Below are positions 1-12,700 of a stretch of 64,000 nucleotides of DNA, one piece after another (position 1 is the stretch's first letter; every line of letters begins with the position of its first letter). Both the position numbers and the translations under genes were made by a program. The notes below the pieces were generated by a model. The model was given only the letters and a program-made list of their open reading frames with translations, made no database searches and was not told the origin of the DNA. This DNA is from Guillardia theta CCMP2712 (Eukaryota > Protista > Cryptophyta). The stretch spans positions 5,217-69,216 of the forward strand of contig NW_005434460.1 in the NCBI RefSeq assembly GCF_000315625.1. The letters run 5' to 3'.

Positions 1-1895
1 GAGGGCAGCAGCGACGGCCCGGAGGAGCAAGAGTCTCGCTGCTGTCTATCTGCATGAAGGCGCAGCCAGACTACTACAAGGTGCTGGGTGTGGACAAGAA
101 AGCTGACGTGGCGACGATCAAACGGGCGTACAAGAAGCTGGCGATGAAGAATCACCCGGACGTGAACAAGGAGGCAGGAGCCAAGGACAGGTTCATCCTG
201 ATCAACGAGGCCTACGCCGTCCTCTCTGACCCGGAGAAGCGAAGGAAGTACGACTTCACCTCTTCTAACCCTTTCTCCGGCTGGTCCTCCTCCTCCTCCT
301 CCTCCTCCTCCTCCTCGTGGGGCTCTCGGAACACCGGAGGGGGATTTGATACGGACGAGTTCTGGTCGAGGTACAAGAGCAAGGAGGAGACGACCAAGGA
401 CATCGATGACAGCTTCGAGGCGATCTTCAGCGACCTCTTCAAGGGGGTGAAGGGAAGCTCGCAGAGAGCTCGAGAGAAATCCTCGCTCATCGATGACTTC
501 GGGGACTTCCTGGAGGCCCTGCTGGGGAAAGAAGGTAGTGCAACATGCACGTTGAGGGGAGGGAAGGAATGAGGGTGAGGGGGGAAGAGGGAGGGAGGAG
601 GAGGAGGGATTGGTGGTGGTGGTGGTGGAAGTGCTCTCGTGTAATCCTGGCTTTGACTCTCTCAGGCATCACCGAAGATGATCAGGATGAAGTTTTGGAT
701 GACGATGAAGAGACTCTTCGACTGGAGATAAAAGTGACGATCCCCCTCCTCTCTCCCTCCTTCGCTTCTTCCACCTTCCCCCCTTCATCTTCCCTCCTCC
801 CCTCCCTCCCTCCCTCCCTTCCTCCCTCCTTCCTCCCTCCTGTTCCATCCTCCCACATGCTTCCTTCTTCCTTCCATGCTCCTTCCTATTCGTCAATCCC
901 GCTGTTTCATTCCACTCCGATCCTTTTTGATCTCCTTTCCCTCCTCTTGCTGCACTCCTGTCTCCTCTCCCTTCGGTCGCCAGTCTCATCGTCGGATACT
1001 AGGATGCCAAGTACGTTCTTGAGCAGCTAGAGGAGAGGTCGCGCCGGCTGAGGTAAACAGACCCTCTCCTCCCCTCCTCCTCTTTTTCTCCTCCCCTCTC
1101 ATCCCGTTTGCTCGCCACCCCCTCGTCTCCTGCCCTTCTCTCCTCTCTCCTCTCTCCTCACGCTTGTCTTCAGCGAGGACGCGTCCAAGGCAGATTCCAT
1201 GGCCAGCGAGTAGGAGTTGCGAGCATGCGACCTGTGCTAACATCTAACAGGTGGAAGAAGAAATCAGATGCTCCTAGTATGGATCCTGCTGTTGCCCGAG
1301 CAGCCAAGGTCTTTTTTCTCCTCCCTTCCCCATCCTCCCACTTTCCACCCTCCCTTCTCCCTTCTCCCTTCTCCCTTCTCCCTTCTCCCTTCTCCCTTCT
1401 CCCTTCTCCCTTCTCCCTTCTCCCTCCTGCTACCTCCTTGTTCACATACCACCGTCTCCTTCGCATGTCTTGACTTCTCACATGCGGAGCAGGAGAAAGT
1501 GTCCTCCTTCACCAACAGTGCTCAGAGGTTCCGCGAGAGATCCAAGAAGGTGGCGGAGATGGCGAACAAGCAGAAAAAGAAGATCGAGAGGATGGAAGAG
1601 AAGCTGAGCGGTGGATCAGGCAAGGCAGCTGCATCAGCAGGTGAACCTCTCGTTTTCTCTTCCTCGAGCTCAGATTCATGAGCAGGAGAGAAGGACGATG
1701 GCAAGACTGTCGTCTCCTGCCCCAAGTGCTCCCAGAAACTTCGCGTACCAGCAAGGGTATCGATCATCCCCCCGTCCCTCTCCCTCTTCTACGACCTCCC
1801 CCGCTGCTACTCCTCCTGCTCCTGCTCCTGCTCTTCCCCCCTCCATCCTGGTCCTCCTCATCCTCATCCTCATCCTCATCCTCATCCTCATCCTT

Positions 1896-1935
<40 letters not shown>

Positions 1936-2794
1936 ACAACAACAACAACATCGTGCTTCCGTTATTCTCCCTCTCACTCGCTCTCTCCTCAGGTCTCTGG
2001 AATGGCCAAGTGCCCGGCTTGTTCCTACGAGTGGGAGGTGCAGAAGCGTGCGGGCAAGAGGGATAGGCAGCCTGACGTCCCTCTACAGAGAGTGGTGGAA
2101 GTGGTGGGGAGGAAAGAGGGGGGGAAGCAGGAGGCAAAGGTCAAGGAGGAGAGGAAGGGGAAGGAGGAGGTGAGCGGGAAGGAGGAGGTCAAGGCAGGAA
2201 GCAAGCAGGAGGAGGTCACTGCACGAGTTGTTGTCTCCTGCCCCTCCTGCTCGCAGAGGTTGCGAGTGCCCAAGGTGAGGCGATACATGAGGGACGGAAG
2301 AGGACGAGGACAAGGAGCGAGAGGAAGCGAGAGGGAGAGGAAGAAACGAAGAAATGTGAGAAGGGAGGAGAGGAAGGTGAGGGGCTGAGGGATGAGTTGG
2401 GGTAGGACGCGCAAGGATCACATGAAGGGAGGGAGGAGAGGAGGAGCAGCGCAGAGCAGAGGAGGGCAGAGCAAAGGAGGAGGAGGAGGAGAGGGGGATG
2501 AAACTCTTGGTAGGGGAAGAGAGGAACCGTCGCCTGCCCGTCCTGCGGGAAGAAGTTCGAGAGCGACGGGGAGGAGAAGAAGCAGCCGAGTGGCTCAGCT
2601 CCTCCTAGCGGCAGGACCTGGAGGGATGGACCTGAGGACGAGGTGATCTCCCGTTGACCCTCCTGCTGTTTGCGGGGGATTGAGCTGGGTTCTAGCTGGG
2701 CAGGTGGGCCGCGGAGCAGAAGATGAGGCAGGACCTTGCCAAGGCCAAGGTGGAGAAGGAGCTGGAGGAGCTCAAGAACAACCTGGGGCTATGA
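1..2794 (+). CDS. DnaJ (J-domain) co-chaperone with C-terminal CxxC zinc-ribbon repeats; multi-exon, probably 5'-incomplete in this window
   Basis: J-domain DYYKVLGV...[15 protein letters not shown]...[21 protein letters not shown] with HPD motif (54-260). The frame is open upstream of ATG 54. Later exons carry CPKC, CPAC, CPSC and CPSC. Last exon ends [18 protein letters not shown] at 2792-2794. Confidence 0.85.
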
Positions 2795-3806
2795 CGTCAC
2801 CAGTACCGGCTGACTGCGTGCGGCGCACGGCCCCGGGTAGTAACTTTTAGTCATCGGAGTTGACTCAGCATCAGCAGCGGCCCGGGGGCCGCTTGCCGCT
2901 TTACTCAGTGACCAGCCTCCGTTGACACTTCTATCACTAATCATAGTACCGTCACCGGGCCGGGGCGGCCGCCCGAGCAGCCTCTCACTGACCGTACAGA
3001 AACCGTCGCCGTACCGCCCGGCCGATCGGACGGTACCGGGTGACCGCGGCCGCCCGGCCGGGACCGTTCGTCTCAGCCTCAGGCTCAGTGAGCCGCGGGC
3101 GCGGCCCCACCTGAGCTTCGAAGTTTGAGCCTAGGCCGCCGCGGCCCCGGGCCAGAATATTCAAGCCTAGTAGTATCACTGATGATGTGACATGATGGGC
3201 CCCGGCCCCCGGAGTTCAGTCCGAGTTGTTACTCAGTCGGTCGTTTGTAACCGTTGCCAACGATTTCTTACATCAAATAACGGATGTAACGACATCTATC
3301 TCATCTGGTTACACCACATAACGGATGTAACGACGCCTATCTCAGTCATAGTGACATCGGTTACACTGTAACCGCAGCCAAAAAGGACAAACTTTTTTTA
3401 TTTAAAATCAGTTTTAGCCGTTACTTTACTCAATCCCATGGTCAGGTACTAAAATGCATGCGAGTCCATGGCGAGGGGAGGAGGGAGGAGGGAGGAGCTA
3501 CAAGCATGGGCGGGATTGGGGGCTGGGCTGAGCATGAGGATGGTCAGGAGGAGATACGAGAGGAGAGGAGAAGCTGAGATTAGGAGGAGATGAAGGAATG
3601 GAAAGGGATGACGAAAGAGATTTATGGCCGTTCGGGTGGCCAACATGCCTTGCCTCTTGAAATCTCTGACATGTTGCTGCACAGAAGAGCTGCAGGAGTG
3701 GTTGTTTTCCCGTGATGGTCGCTGGCAGGAATGTGTAGCATATAATTCTCGCCGGAAATCTTTCTTGTCGACTTGAGGAATCGCTGGGTATGTTGAGACA
3801 GGGCAG

Positions 3807-5864
3807 GTGCTAGTCGCTGGGAGGATGAAGATGAGTGCGATAGGAGGAAATCCTGCAAAGAATCGCAGGATCAGCCTGAAACATGTCGAGACTGTACCGC
3901 GCGTTGCGAATCGATGCTTTCGTGATCGTTGCGTCGCCATCCGCGACTACATGCGGCTGCTGGCCAGGCAGGGAAGAAATTTCGACCATCAGCTGAGGGA
4001 TTACGATGCGAATATGCACAGAGCAGCGGATTCCTCCGTCTTCTTCTGCTCGCGCCCCATTCAAACGGCGCTGAGCCGGAAGGTTTTCAACATCCTCCTC
4101 ATCTGCCTTTCCGCCATGTACCTCTCCATCACTGCGGCATGGGCGAGGAGGGTCGCGACGGGGGGCAGCCACAAGTTGCGGTGCTTCCGCTTCTCTTGCT
4201 TCGAGCTTCGCGATGGAAGCAGGTGCAACGGGCGTGTGAGCCTGCAGAGAGTTGGGATCCTGCACTACGAGAGCAGCGCCGAGCATGACGAGGCCGGGGT
4301 TGGCCCTACACTGGCGGAGGAGGGGTGGGGCAACTGCACGATAGACTTGAAGTTCCCCAAGCCCGTGAAGATGAACGGCTTCTTCTTCGTCACAGCGAGC
4401 GGGAGAGGCACAGAGAGCGAGGACCCGGTTCGCTTCCTGCTGGAGGGCTCGCAGTGCGACGGCAGGTGGAAGGTGGTTGGAGCGTCGGCATGGCGATATG
4501 ACTGGCTGAAGACGAAGAGCGAGGACTTGAGCGTGTATCGCTTCTGGAATGGCCGGTACAACACAACCAAGTCTCGAGGAGAGATGGAAGTTCTGTCGTT
4601 CCACACACCAGGGTTGGAGACGCTCCTCATCGTGCTGCTAAATCTCTTTAGGACCCTGCTGCTCGGCGTTCCCGCCATGTTCGGTCTGCTGAAGAGGGAG
4701 GAGCAGGGTAAGAAAGCGATCCAGGTTGGAATCCTCTGCCTGGTCGCCAACTTGCTGGCCTTGCTGTGCGTTGACGAGGAGAATCGGCTGGGAATGATGA
4801 CCAATGTCATTCTCTCTCTCAGCTTCTTCCTCTCCCTCCGCTACTTCGAAGACGAGACTCTCTTCTGGCTCTCTGCCTTGGTTATCTTCGGCTCCTGGTG
4901 CGTGCTCGGCTACATGATCGCTTACACCGCAATCTTCCGCGTTGGCCTGCTCGTCTCTCTCTCCAGCACGTGCGTGCTGCTGTACAGGGACCATGTGCTG
5001 TCCACGAGCTGGAACCTGGTCAACTTCGACAGGGCGAGGTATGAGGAAGGATGGAGACTCTTCCTCTCGCGCCTGGAGCAGGAGGAGGAGGTGAAGCAGC
5101 TCTCCAACTACCTCCGTCACATCGTCGGGAACGCGTCGATCCACAGCCTGCAGGCGGGGATGGTCATGCGGCGGTGGTTGAAGAAGAAGTCGTTTTCTGA
5201 TCTACTTCAGATGCGATTCTCCTCTTCTGTGTCTGATGGGGTGATGCAAGTCGACAGGGATGGAGTTCCGGTCCAATCGCTCCATCGCCTCTACTCGCAG
5301 GCTGTTTGCCTGCAGGTAGTCCTTGCGGAGAAGGTGAGGTGGTGGGCGTCGCAATCTAGAGGATACTTTGTGGTTCAGGATCAGGAGGGGAGGAACGCGT
5401 TCATAACTTGTGAGGAGGCGCTTGCTCTGCAAGACTCATCTCCGACTTCTTCGAGTATCATCCCCCTCAAGTCCATCAGCAGAACCATCGAGAAGGTGGC
5501 GCGAAGTTACGGAGGAGAAGTTTGCCGCGTCCTTGACATCTCCCGCGCTCGGATTGTGTTCGACGACATCGAGGGAGTCTCGAGATGCTTGTCAATCATC
5601 AAGAATGACAGAGACGTTGAAATCCTGCGACTCAAGGGGAGGATGGCGCAGGATCAGCGGGCAGACTGCGAGGAGAGCGACGGAGACAGCTTCGGTAGGA
5701 GGGACCTGATGATGAACATCTGCATCAGGAACGAAGAGACAATCTGCCTTGGGGTCGAGAACCACATCGCCGAGGTTCAATTGCAAGTCATCACGCTCGC
5801 TGCCCTCCAGACGAGCGAAGCGCATTCCCGTTACCTCGCAGTGAGAAACTTGAGGAGGGAATGA
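3807..5864 (+). CDS. Multi-pass membrane protein with putative extracellular discoidin/galactose-binding-like domain and C-terminal RelA/SpoT-like nucleotidyltransferase domain
   Basis: 685-aa ORF. One TM (VFNILLICLSAMYLSITAAW), then a domain with DPVRFLLEGS...W, then about 5 hydrophobic segments, then KSISRTIEK...DISRARIV...RLKGR...GRRDLMMN...HIAEVQL, matching RelA/SpoT synthetase motif order. Upstream exons are possible. Confidence 0.75.
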   Translation: MLVAGRMKMSAIGGNPAKNRRISLKHVETVPRVANRCFRDRCVAIRDYMRLLARQGRNFDHQLRDYDANMHRAADSSVFFCSRPIQTALSRKVFNILLICLSAMYLSITAAWARRVATGGSHKLRCFRFSCFELRDGSRCNGRVSLQRVGILHYESSAEHDEAGVGPTLAEEGWGNCTIDLKFPKPVKMNGFFFVTASGRGTESEDPVRFLLEGSQCDGRWKVVGASAWRYDWLKTKSEDLSVYRFWNGRYNTTKSRGEMEVLSFHTPGLETLLIVLLNLFRTLLLGVPAMFGLLKREEQGKKAIQVGILCLVANLLALLCVDEENRLGMMTNVILSLSFFLSLRYFEDETLFWLSALVIFGSWCVLGYMIAYTAIFRVGLLVSLSSTCVLLYRDHVLSTSWNLVNFDRARYEEGWRLFLSRLEQEEEVKQLSNYLRHIVGNASIHSLQAGMVMRRWLKKKSFSDLLQMRFSSSVSDGVMQVDRDGVPVQSLHRLYSQAVCLQVVLAEKVRWWASQSRGYFVVQDQEGRNAFITCEEALALQDSSPTSSSIIPLKSISRTIEKVARSYGGEVCRVLDISRARIVFDDIEGVSRCLSIIKNDRDVEILRLKGRMAQDQRADCEESDGDSFGRRDLMMNICIRNEETICLGVENHIAEVQLQVITLAALQTSEAHSRYLAVRNLRRE

Positions 5865-6391
5865 AGCTTTCCCTTACCCATCTCCTTGATTCTCCATCTT
5901 CGTCTATCCTTTACCAGATTCTCGTCGCCTGTGGCCTTCACAGTCCTCCTCCTCCTCCTCCTCCTCCTCCTCCTCCTCCTCCTCCTCCTCCTCCTCCTCC
6001 TCTCTCAGCTCGCTCAGCGCACGCGTCAAGACTCAGCCCGACGGCGATCATTCAGGAAGGAAGCCCTGAGAGCAAAGCAAGACTTACTGGCTCGCGAGCG
6101 ACAAGGCACAAGACATTTCAAGAGTAAGGGGGCTGATCAGACTGATGGCCTGCTAGAAGTATCTTGTCTTTACTTTCAAATGGTCCTGAACTACTAGACG
6201 TCAACCATAATGCGTAGAAAGCAAAGTAGCACGCAAAAGACGTAGAGCAGTCCAGCCAGAGATCACTGTACTTCTACGACTGCCACTTTACCAAGGGCTG
6301 CGTCATCGAAAACTTTTGTTGTAGCAACCTGCAGGTGAAGTCAAATCCCCACCCTCCATGAAGTGCTGGCAAATATCTTCCTCCTCTCGCT

Positions 6392-7712
6392 TCATGGCGT
6401 CCACACGCCGAAGTGCTCTCGCCAGTCTCGCTGCTTGCTCGTGGATGTGCTGAAGAACCCGATGTGCTCTATCAGGTTCGGCACCACCAGGTACGTCGGT
6501 AGCTCAGAAGCCTCCAGCTGTTTTCCTACCAGCACGTCTACAGGTTCCACGGGCTTGGTCAAGTTTGCGGCCTCCTCCAGCAGAGCCCGGCGAAGAGGCT
6601 CGACCACCTGGCGGGGGAAGAGGATGCCAACATTGGAGGCAGCGGGGGATGGGGAAACGAGCGCGTGCGCGAGGACGAGAGGCTTGCGCAGCTGGATCCA
6701 GTAGGGCCTGCCTATGGCAACGGCGACGAAGCTGATGGCGACGGCAAGGACGAAGGAGCCGAGGAGTCTGTCGCACAAGGAGCATTTCCTGAGGCGAGAG
6801 CGGCAGGCAAGGAGCAGGACGAAGCTCAGCAGGCCCGACAGGATGGAGATGAAGAAGATCTCATGGATCACGTCCAATCCGAAGCCCATCCACTCCTCCT
6901 TCATGAAGAGCTTGACCATGCCGAACCTCCGACGCGTCTCCAGCAGAGAGCCCAGGACATATCGCAAGACCTTGAGGATGAGGGAGCTGCAGAGAGCGTC
7001 GTCCTCCATCATCACACAGTAGGTGGCTCTAGAGCCCTCGCAGTCTCGCAGGAAGTTGGCGTAGTCAAGGATCTGATGTCTCAGGTACTCGTCGCTGCTC
7101 GCGGGGTCTGTCCTGTTGAAGGTGTGGTTCTTCACCGGGACAAACTCCGACAGAGTCTCGAGCTGGGCGGTGAAGTTGCCGAAGCTCGCAACTGCGAGGG
7201 AAGCGTTGTTGTCCTGCAGGAGTATCGGAAGGAGCTTGACTACCGTCCGAGACAGGTAGAGGTACCTATCTCGCTGCTCCGATGACCGCGTCATGATCAG
7301 GAACAGGAACTCGACGCAAGTGCTTGACGACAGTCTCCTCAGGATCTGACTCGCGTTGCTGCGCATGCCTGAGAGCAGGGCTCGTGTCCTACGAGCTTGC
7401 TCGCCCTGTATGGCGATCAGCAGCTCCTTGCTGTTACGATCGGAGTCGAAGAGCGGCGAATGGCCGAGGTCCTGCCAGAGGGTCAGTAGGAGGCTGCGAG
7501 CTGCGAGTACATGGACGAGAGTGGCTGACCTTGCTGATGGAATAGACCACCGACATCAAGAGCACGTAAAGCAGACTGAATCGAACAAGCGCCCTCGCAT
7601 GCTTGTTGATCTTACTGTTTGTCAACCTCGATGAGACTTTGATTGCGACAACTTTCCCGGAGATCTTATGGAACGAGATGGAGGGCAGCATCAGTTGTTG
7701 GGAGGAAGGCAT
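6392..7712 (-). CDS. PGAP4/TMEM246-like glycosyltransferase (GT-A fold with inserted TM pair)
   Basis: QILDYANFL, VMMEDDAL, VKLF..EEWMGF, two internal TMs, PNLIEHIGFFS. A 58-nt intron at about 7472-7529 joins the 7434..7712 ORF (N-terminal TM) to the 6392..7366 frame. Confidence 0.7.
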
Positions 7713-10700
7713 GTCGACAAGGGAGCCAGTGTGTCAAGGCAAGGGAGTAGAAGACCAGGAGAGGATGATGATGGTGATGCTTCTCTTGTTCACCATGGCA
7801 GCCTCACATGCCTTGTCTTCATACATGCTGTTACTGCTCAACCTTGTCAGTACCTCTCATCCCGCCTTCCGCCTTCTCCCCTCCTCCCACTCTCACCATC
7901 AAGGATTTATTACACCGGTAGGTTCCTTTTTACCGTCCAGGTATATTATCCTTATTGTCCTCCTACCGATTTAACTTAACTTTGAGTAAAAGATACGCCT
8001 GAGAAAGGTACCGGGCCCGTCTCACACAGTACCGTACCGGTGGCTATGGGCCGCGCGGCCACTGCCACCCGGACCTGACGGAATACAAGTTTGTTAGACT
8101 TGTACTAGTCCAAAGTCACGCAGATATCACATCGACCTTAATTGTAACAAGACAGTTTTTGCTCAAGACCGAGTTTAATGCACACAAAACCAGAATTGAG
8201 GAGCACATGAGAGATAGACTGTATGCTAGGATGTGAAACCCAAGCATCCAGACATGAGGGGACCTTAGCAAGACGGCTAGGAAGGCCTCCTCTTCATCAC
8301 ACGTACTACATTGCCGCCTTGACACGTAAGTCGTCTTGGTTTACAGGAGAGTTTTTGTTAACTCGGCGCTATCTGACTGGCACGGCTGGCATACGTTCCA
8401 TCAGGACCCGCTGGAACCGTTCAACGGTTCAGTTGAATTGACCGGCGACCGGTCGGACTCCGTGTCCCTGACTGCCACCCGGGCCCGGCCGGGCCCGCTG
8501 GAACTTCGGCGGAAATCGGACACTCGGACCGAGTCACTGGCAGCTTGGAGTAAGAATAAAGAGCGGCGCCTGCCACCCGGGCCGCGCGGTCCGCTCAGCT
8601 GCTGGAACTGACACTGACCGTCGCCACCCTTAACTTTGAGTAAAGAACAGCCTGAGGCTGATCGAACCGACCGTACCATCGGACTCCCGGCCCAAAGTGC
8701 GGCCGACGGTCGCCGGATCGATCGGATCAGTCCTGCCAACTTGGCATCGAGCAGCCGACTCGGCGGCATGCCCAGGCCAGTCACTGAGTGCCTCGGCAAC
8801 ATGCTCGGGCTGGCACCTGGTGACCTTTGAGGCAGAAGGCAGAAGGTTCAAGCACATGCAGCACAGGCGAAAGCTTGAGAGCACGCACATTGAAGGGCAA
8901 ATGAATGCTCCAGGGTCGTTGGAGGCAAAGGACGAGGCAGATTTGAGTGATGAAGTGCGCAAGAGCAGGTTACAAGTTACCTCCCTCTGTCTTGTCGTTG
9001 ACTTCCATACCTTGGATTGTGAACAAATTTTCAGATCAACTCGGAAAGAGAAGGGACCTTGGATCTCTCTACAAACACGAAGAATCATCCGCGTTGCGTC
9101 CTTTCTCTTATGTCTTGCCTGAAGGCTGACAATTCCTTCACAATATTTTGAGTGATTATCTTTCGGATGAATATTCGAAATATTTCAGTATCAAAGCTTG
9201 TCTTGCTGCAAAGAATATTCTAGACCATGGGGTTATCAAGAGCTCACAAATAGTAGGAATTGAATCAATAATGATAAGATTTGTCATTGGACAGTACTGT
9301 GACGTCTAATGATCAAAAATTCCTAATGAAATCACGAAATCATGGAAATAAATTGTTATCTGCAAATGTTCGAAAGACGAGCGCATCTGCTAATATATTC
9401 CATCGTTCGTGCAATTCATCAGAGAAGAAGAGATTTCGTGCAATCGAATCTAATAAATAAGACTTTTCAAGTTCATATTTTGTTCAAGTCAAACTAGATC
9501 ATCCTGATTGTGATCAAAAGGTAAATAATTCAACCAACTCTGAAATTTTCTTCATACCTTAATGCGACGGCCTTGGCTCTACACTTGGATTAATGTTAAG
9601 CAGCTGTTCCATACCTTCATGGAGGCTGATGGGCATTGCAGGTGATTCACGAGGATCTAGTTGGGAATCAAAAAAATATCTCATACACAATTCATCATGA
9701 GAATACCGTTCAAAATGTCTTCAAACCCAACATTCTGTATTCCGTCTTGCATGGTATCCAAACCCACGAACTCGCTGTGAAAACCTGGCATTCTGCGATA
9801 CTGTGCAAGGATAGTATTTTCCATATTCAACTATTGGAAGCAAGTGAGAGGATGACACCACGAACAGCAACTTCTTCGCACCCGCATTGCAGCATGAATT
9901 CCTTGTGTTCGAACTAAAGTTTGTTTGTAATCCTCGAAACTCTTCGCTGAGAACGTCTACGGACATTTTAGGAGAGCAAAGATCACAGCATCAACATACC
10001 TTGAGATGGCTCTGAAGGGAAAACTCCTCCTGCACGTCCTGTCTCACTCCCTTCCTCTCATTCTTCGCTCTCAGCTGCCATTCAGCCATTGCTGGACACC
10101 GTGTCCCTCCACCCCCCCCCATCCCCTCCCCTTTCCACTACCCCCTACTATCTCTGTCGAATGCAGGGTGGGTACAGTCAGGGGTACTTTCTTTACTCAA
10201 AGTTAAGTTAAAAAAGACAGCGAGAACTAAACCTATTCCTGCCGACTGCTGTCCCCCAAACTTAACTGATACTTTCACTTAACTGCAGGGGTACAGTGCG
10301 CTTGAACTTAATCCTGCTTTGCCTCGATTCTCACTGTCAGTATTCAATTCAAACCATCGGCTGAGTGCGAGCGGCACCGACAGGCGCCGCCGCGGACCTG
10401 AGTCGGACTAGCGCGGCCCGCTCACGCCGCGGGCCGGGGCCTCTCAGACTCCGGGGAGTCTCCACCGGGGACCGCCGTACTGACCTACCGTACCGTGGCC
10501 GCGCAGACTTTGAAAGGTCCGAGTCACGCACTGAGGCCTCTCCCCGGCAAACGTGAAAAAGTCAGTGCCCATTGGGCCGCACACGAGTTCGAAGTCCCGG
10601 TGGCAACGCCGTTGGCATCCGCGGACTCGGGAGGCTCGCAATGCCCGGCCGGGGAGCCTGGCCGGGCTGGTGCCTTTTTCAACGGTCACGGTGCAGTGCG

Positions 10701-11556
10701 GCCGGGTACTCAGCAGACGCCGGCACTCAGTGCTGACTCAGGCCGCGCCTGCCAGGGCCTCAGCCCGGCCAGGGCCTGCACTGCAGCCTGGCCTCTGGCA
10801 GGGCCTGCACCGGCATGGGTTGTCATTCCATTGGGTTCTCAACTGGATTTTATTCCGTCTCGGCGGGGTCTTTTTCTACCTGGATTTTTCTTAATGAATA
10901 GGTTTTGGATTTCAAAGTGAAAATTTTCCTTGAAATGTTTTACTTCTGTCAAACCACGCCATTTCAAATTGTGGGATCCTGCCAGCACCGTGCCATTTCT
11001 AGAATTTAAACGTTGTACAGAATGTACCAATGTTGTACACGGTGTCAGTTTGGGAGACTCACGTTCAAGCAGATCGCGCCCTGTGGGCACCATGTTGTGA
11101 GATAAATACATCATTGTGATGACAAGAACATCTTTTGATGCCAAATTTGACCAGATTTGAATGTATCATGTGGGAAAACGACTGCATTTCCTTTAAGCAG
11201 AGTGTTTTGAGGATGATGCATATCATGTTGCAATAAGAATTTTGTGGAAAGGAAATATTTGAATCTCAGTTCGTTGAGTTGCGTGTAAATGCAAATATGC
11301 TTTGAAGCATTGTGAGCATAGTTGTAACTGTGCATTGACTTGTAAGGTACGCATTCAAATTTGCATGCTCACGCTATCCAATAATTGTGTGACTTTCCTT
11401 GTCATACTTGCACTGAAACACCTCAATTCTGATGTTCCAAAGCCCTGATCAGCTGTTTTCACACTTTCAGAAGGGAAACATGAAAGGAATCGATGAGAGA
11501 GGCAACCTTCGAAGGGGGGGAGGAGGGCTCGTTCTGTTTGACGCGGGTCAACGGCC

Positions 11557-12700
11557 ATGGAAGGCGGCGAGGGCAGCAGGAGCGGCGAGGGCGGCAGGAG
11601 CGGGGTGATGGTGGAGGGCGGGGAGGGGTTGGTGGAGGACATGGTGCTGTGGCTGTGGACGAAGAACAACATGCTTCAGACCAGGTAGCGGCTCTCGCTT
11701 GCGCGCGCACAGTGCTGAAACATTTGCTCAGGTGTATGTATCACAAATGTCCTCCGGTACTGGTTCCAGACACTTTCTTGCTATCTGAGAAGCAGCCCTA
11801 CGCATGGTGGACGAGAGGATAGAGGATTCGTGTGAACTGATCTCTGACAGGTACTTCACGTCCATGAAGACTGGAAGCCTGCAGAGAAGAAGCAAAGACC
11901 TGAATGTAGATAAAGTCAGTGCTTCCGTCATACGACAGTCGCCTTTCGCTAAGCTGCATGCAGATCTGTGAGGTCATGTCAAAAAATCCAAGCGACAACA
12001 TCGACATCCGCTCGGTCTACGTTGGATCCGCAGCAGGTGCTGCATGAAAGTTCCTTGGCTCGGTGCTACTCTGACAGGGTTGGATCAGGCGACGGGCAAC
12101 CCATCACCGAGTATTTGTCAGCTGCAGGCTTGGAATACTTCCTAGCAGCGCAACCCAGCAAGTGAGAGTATAGGGGGACGGGGCAGGGGCCTGACAAGCT
12201 CTGCAGGAGGACGAAGAGAGGGCTTCTACAGAGATTCATCAGGCCCAAGGGAAGCAGCAACTTCCTGATCAGGGTGAGCTGGACTCCAGGTGAGGGTGAA
12301 GGTGCAGCTGGGCTGGAGTGAGCGACGTGCAGATGGCTGCTCGATGGACTCGTGCATCAACGTGAACAAGCTGGTGGGTCGACGGCTTGAGGAGCTTGGT
12401 TGCCTCTCACCCTGTGCGTCTGTTGCGACAGGACGACATGGATCTTGAGATTCAAGCTAGAGCCACGACCAACGACGAGGCGAACTGCGCGCTCATTCCT
12501 ATGTCAGCTCTGAAACTGTTTGCGGCCGGTCTGTGATGTGACCACTGTTCTCAGGTCAGGGAATGTTCTCTTTGCTCAGCTGGAGAAGCTGACGACATGG
12601 TGACGATAAATGCTCTCCTTGTCTTTCACGCTGATCTCTTCCTTGGTGGAGCAGCATCGTTGAGCACGTGCAGAGCATCGCAGCGAACAAGGTTGACGCG
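11557..12700 (+). CDS. Uncharacterised multi-exon protein; may continue into the 13-18.8 kb coding region
   Basis: ATG 11557 gives MEGGEG...LWLWTK. Short GT-AG introns join VLVPDT...W|YFTS...EYLSAAGLEYFL...LLQRFIRPKGSSNFLIRVSWTP. Family not named; 3' end not resolved. Confidence 0.5.

Noticed and set aside
8800-9970. Possible AT-rich multi-exon gene or transposon remnant
   Set aside because: Some splice-like signals, but no recognisable protein and no termini could be supported.
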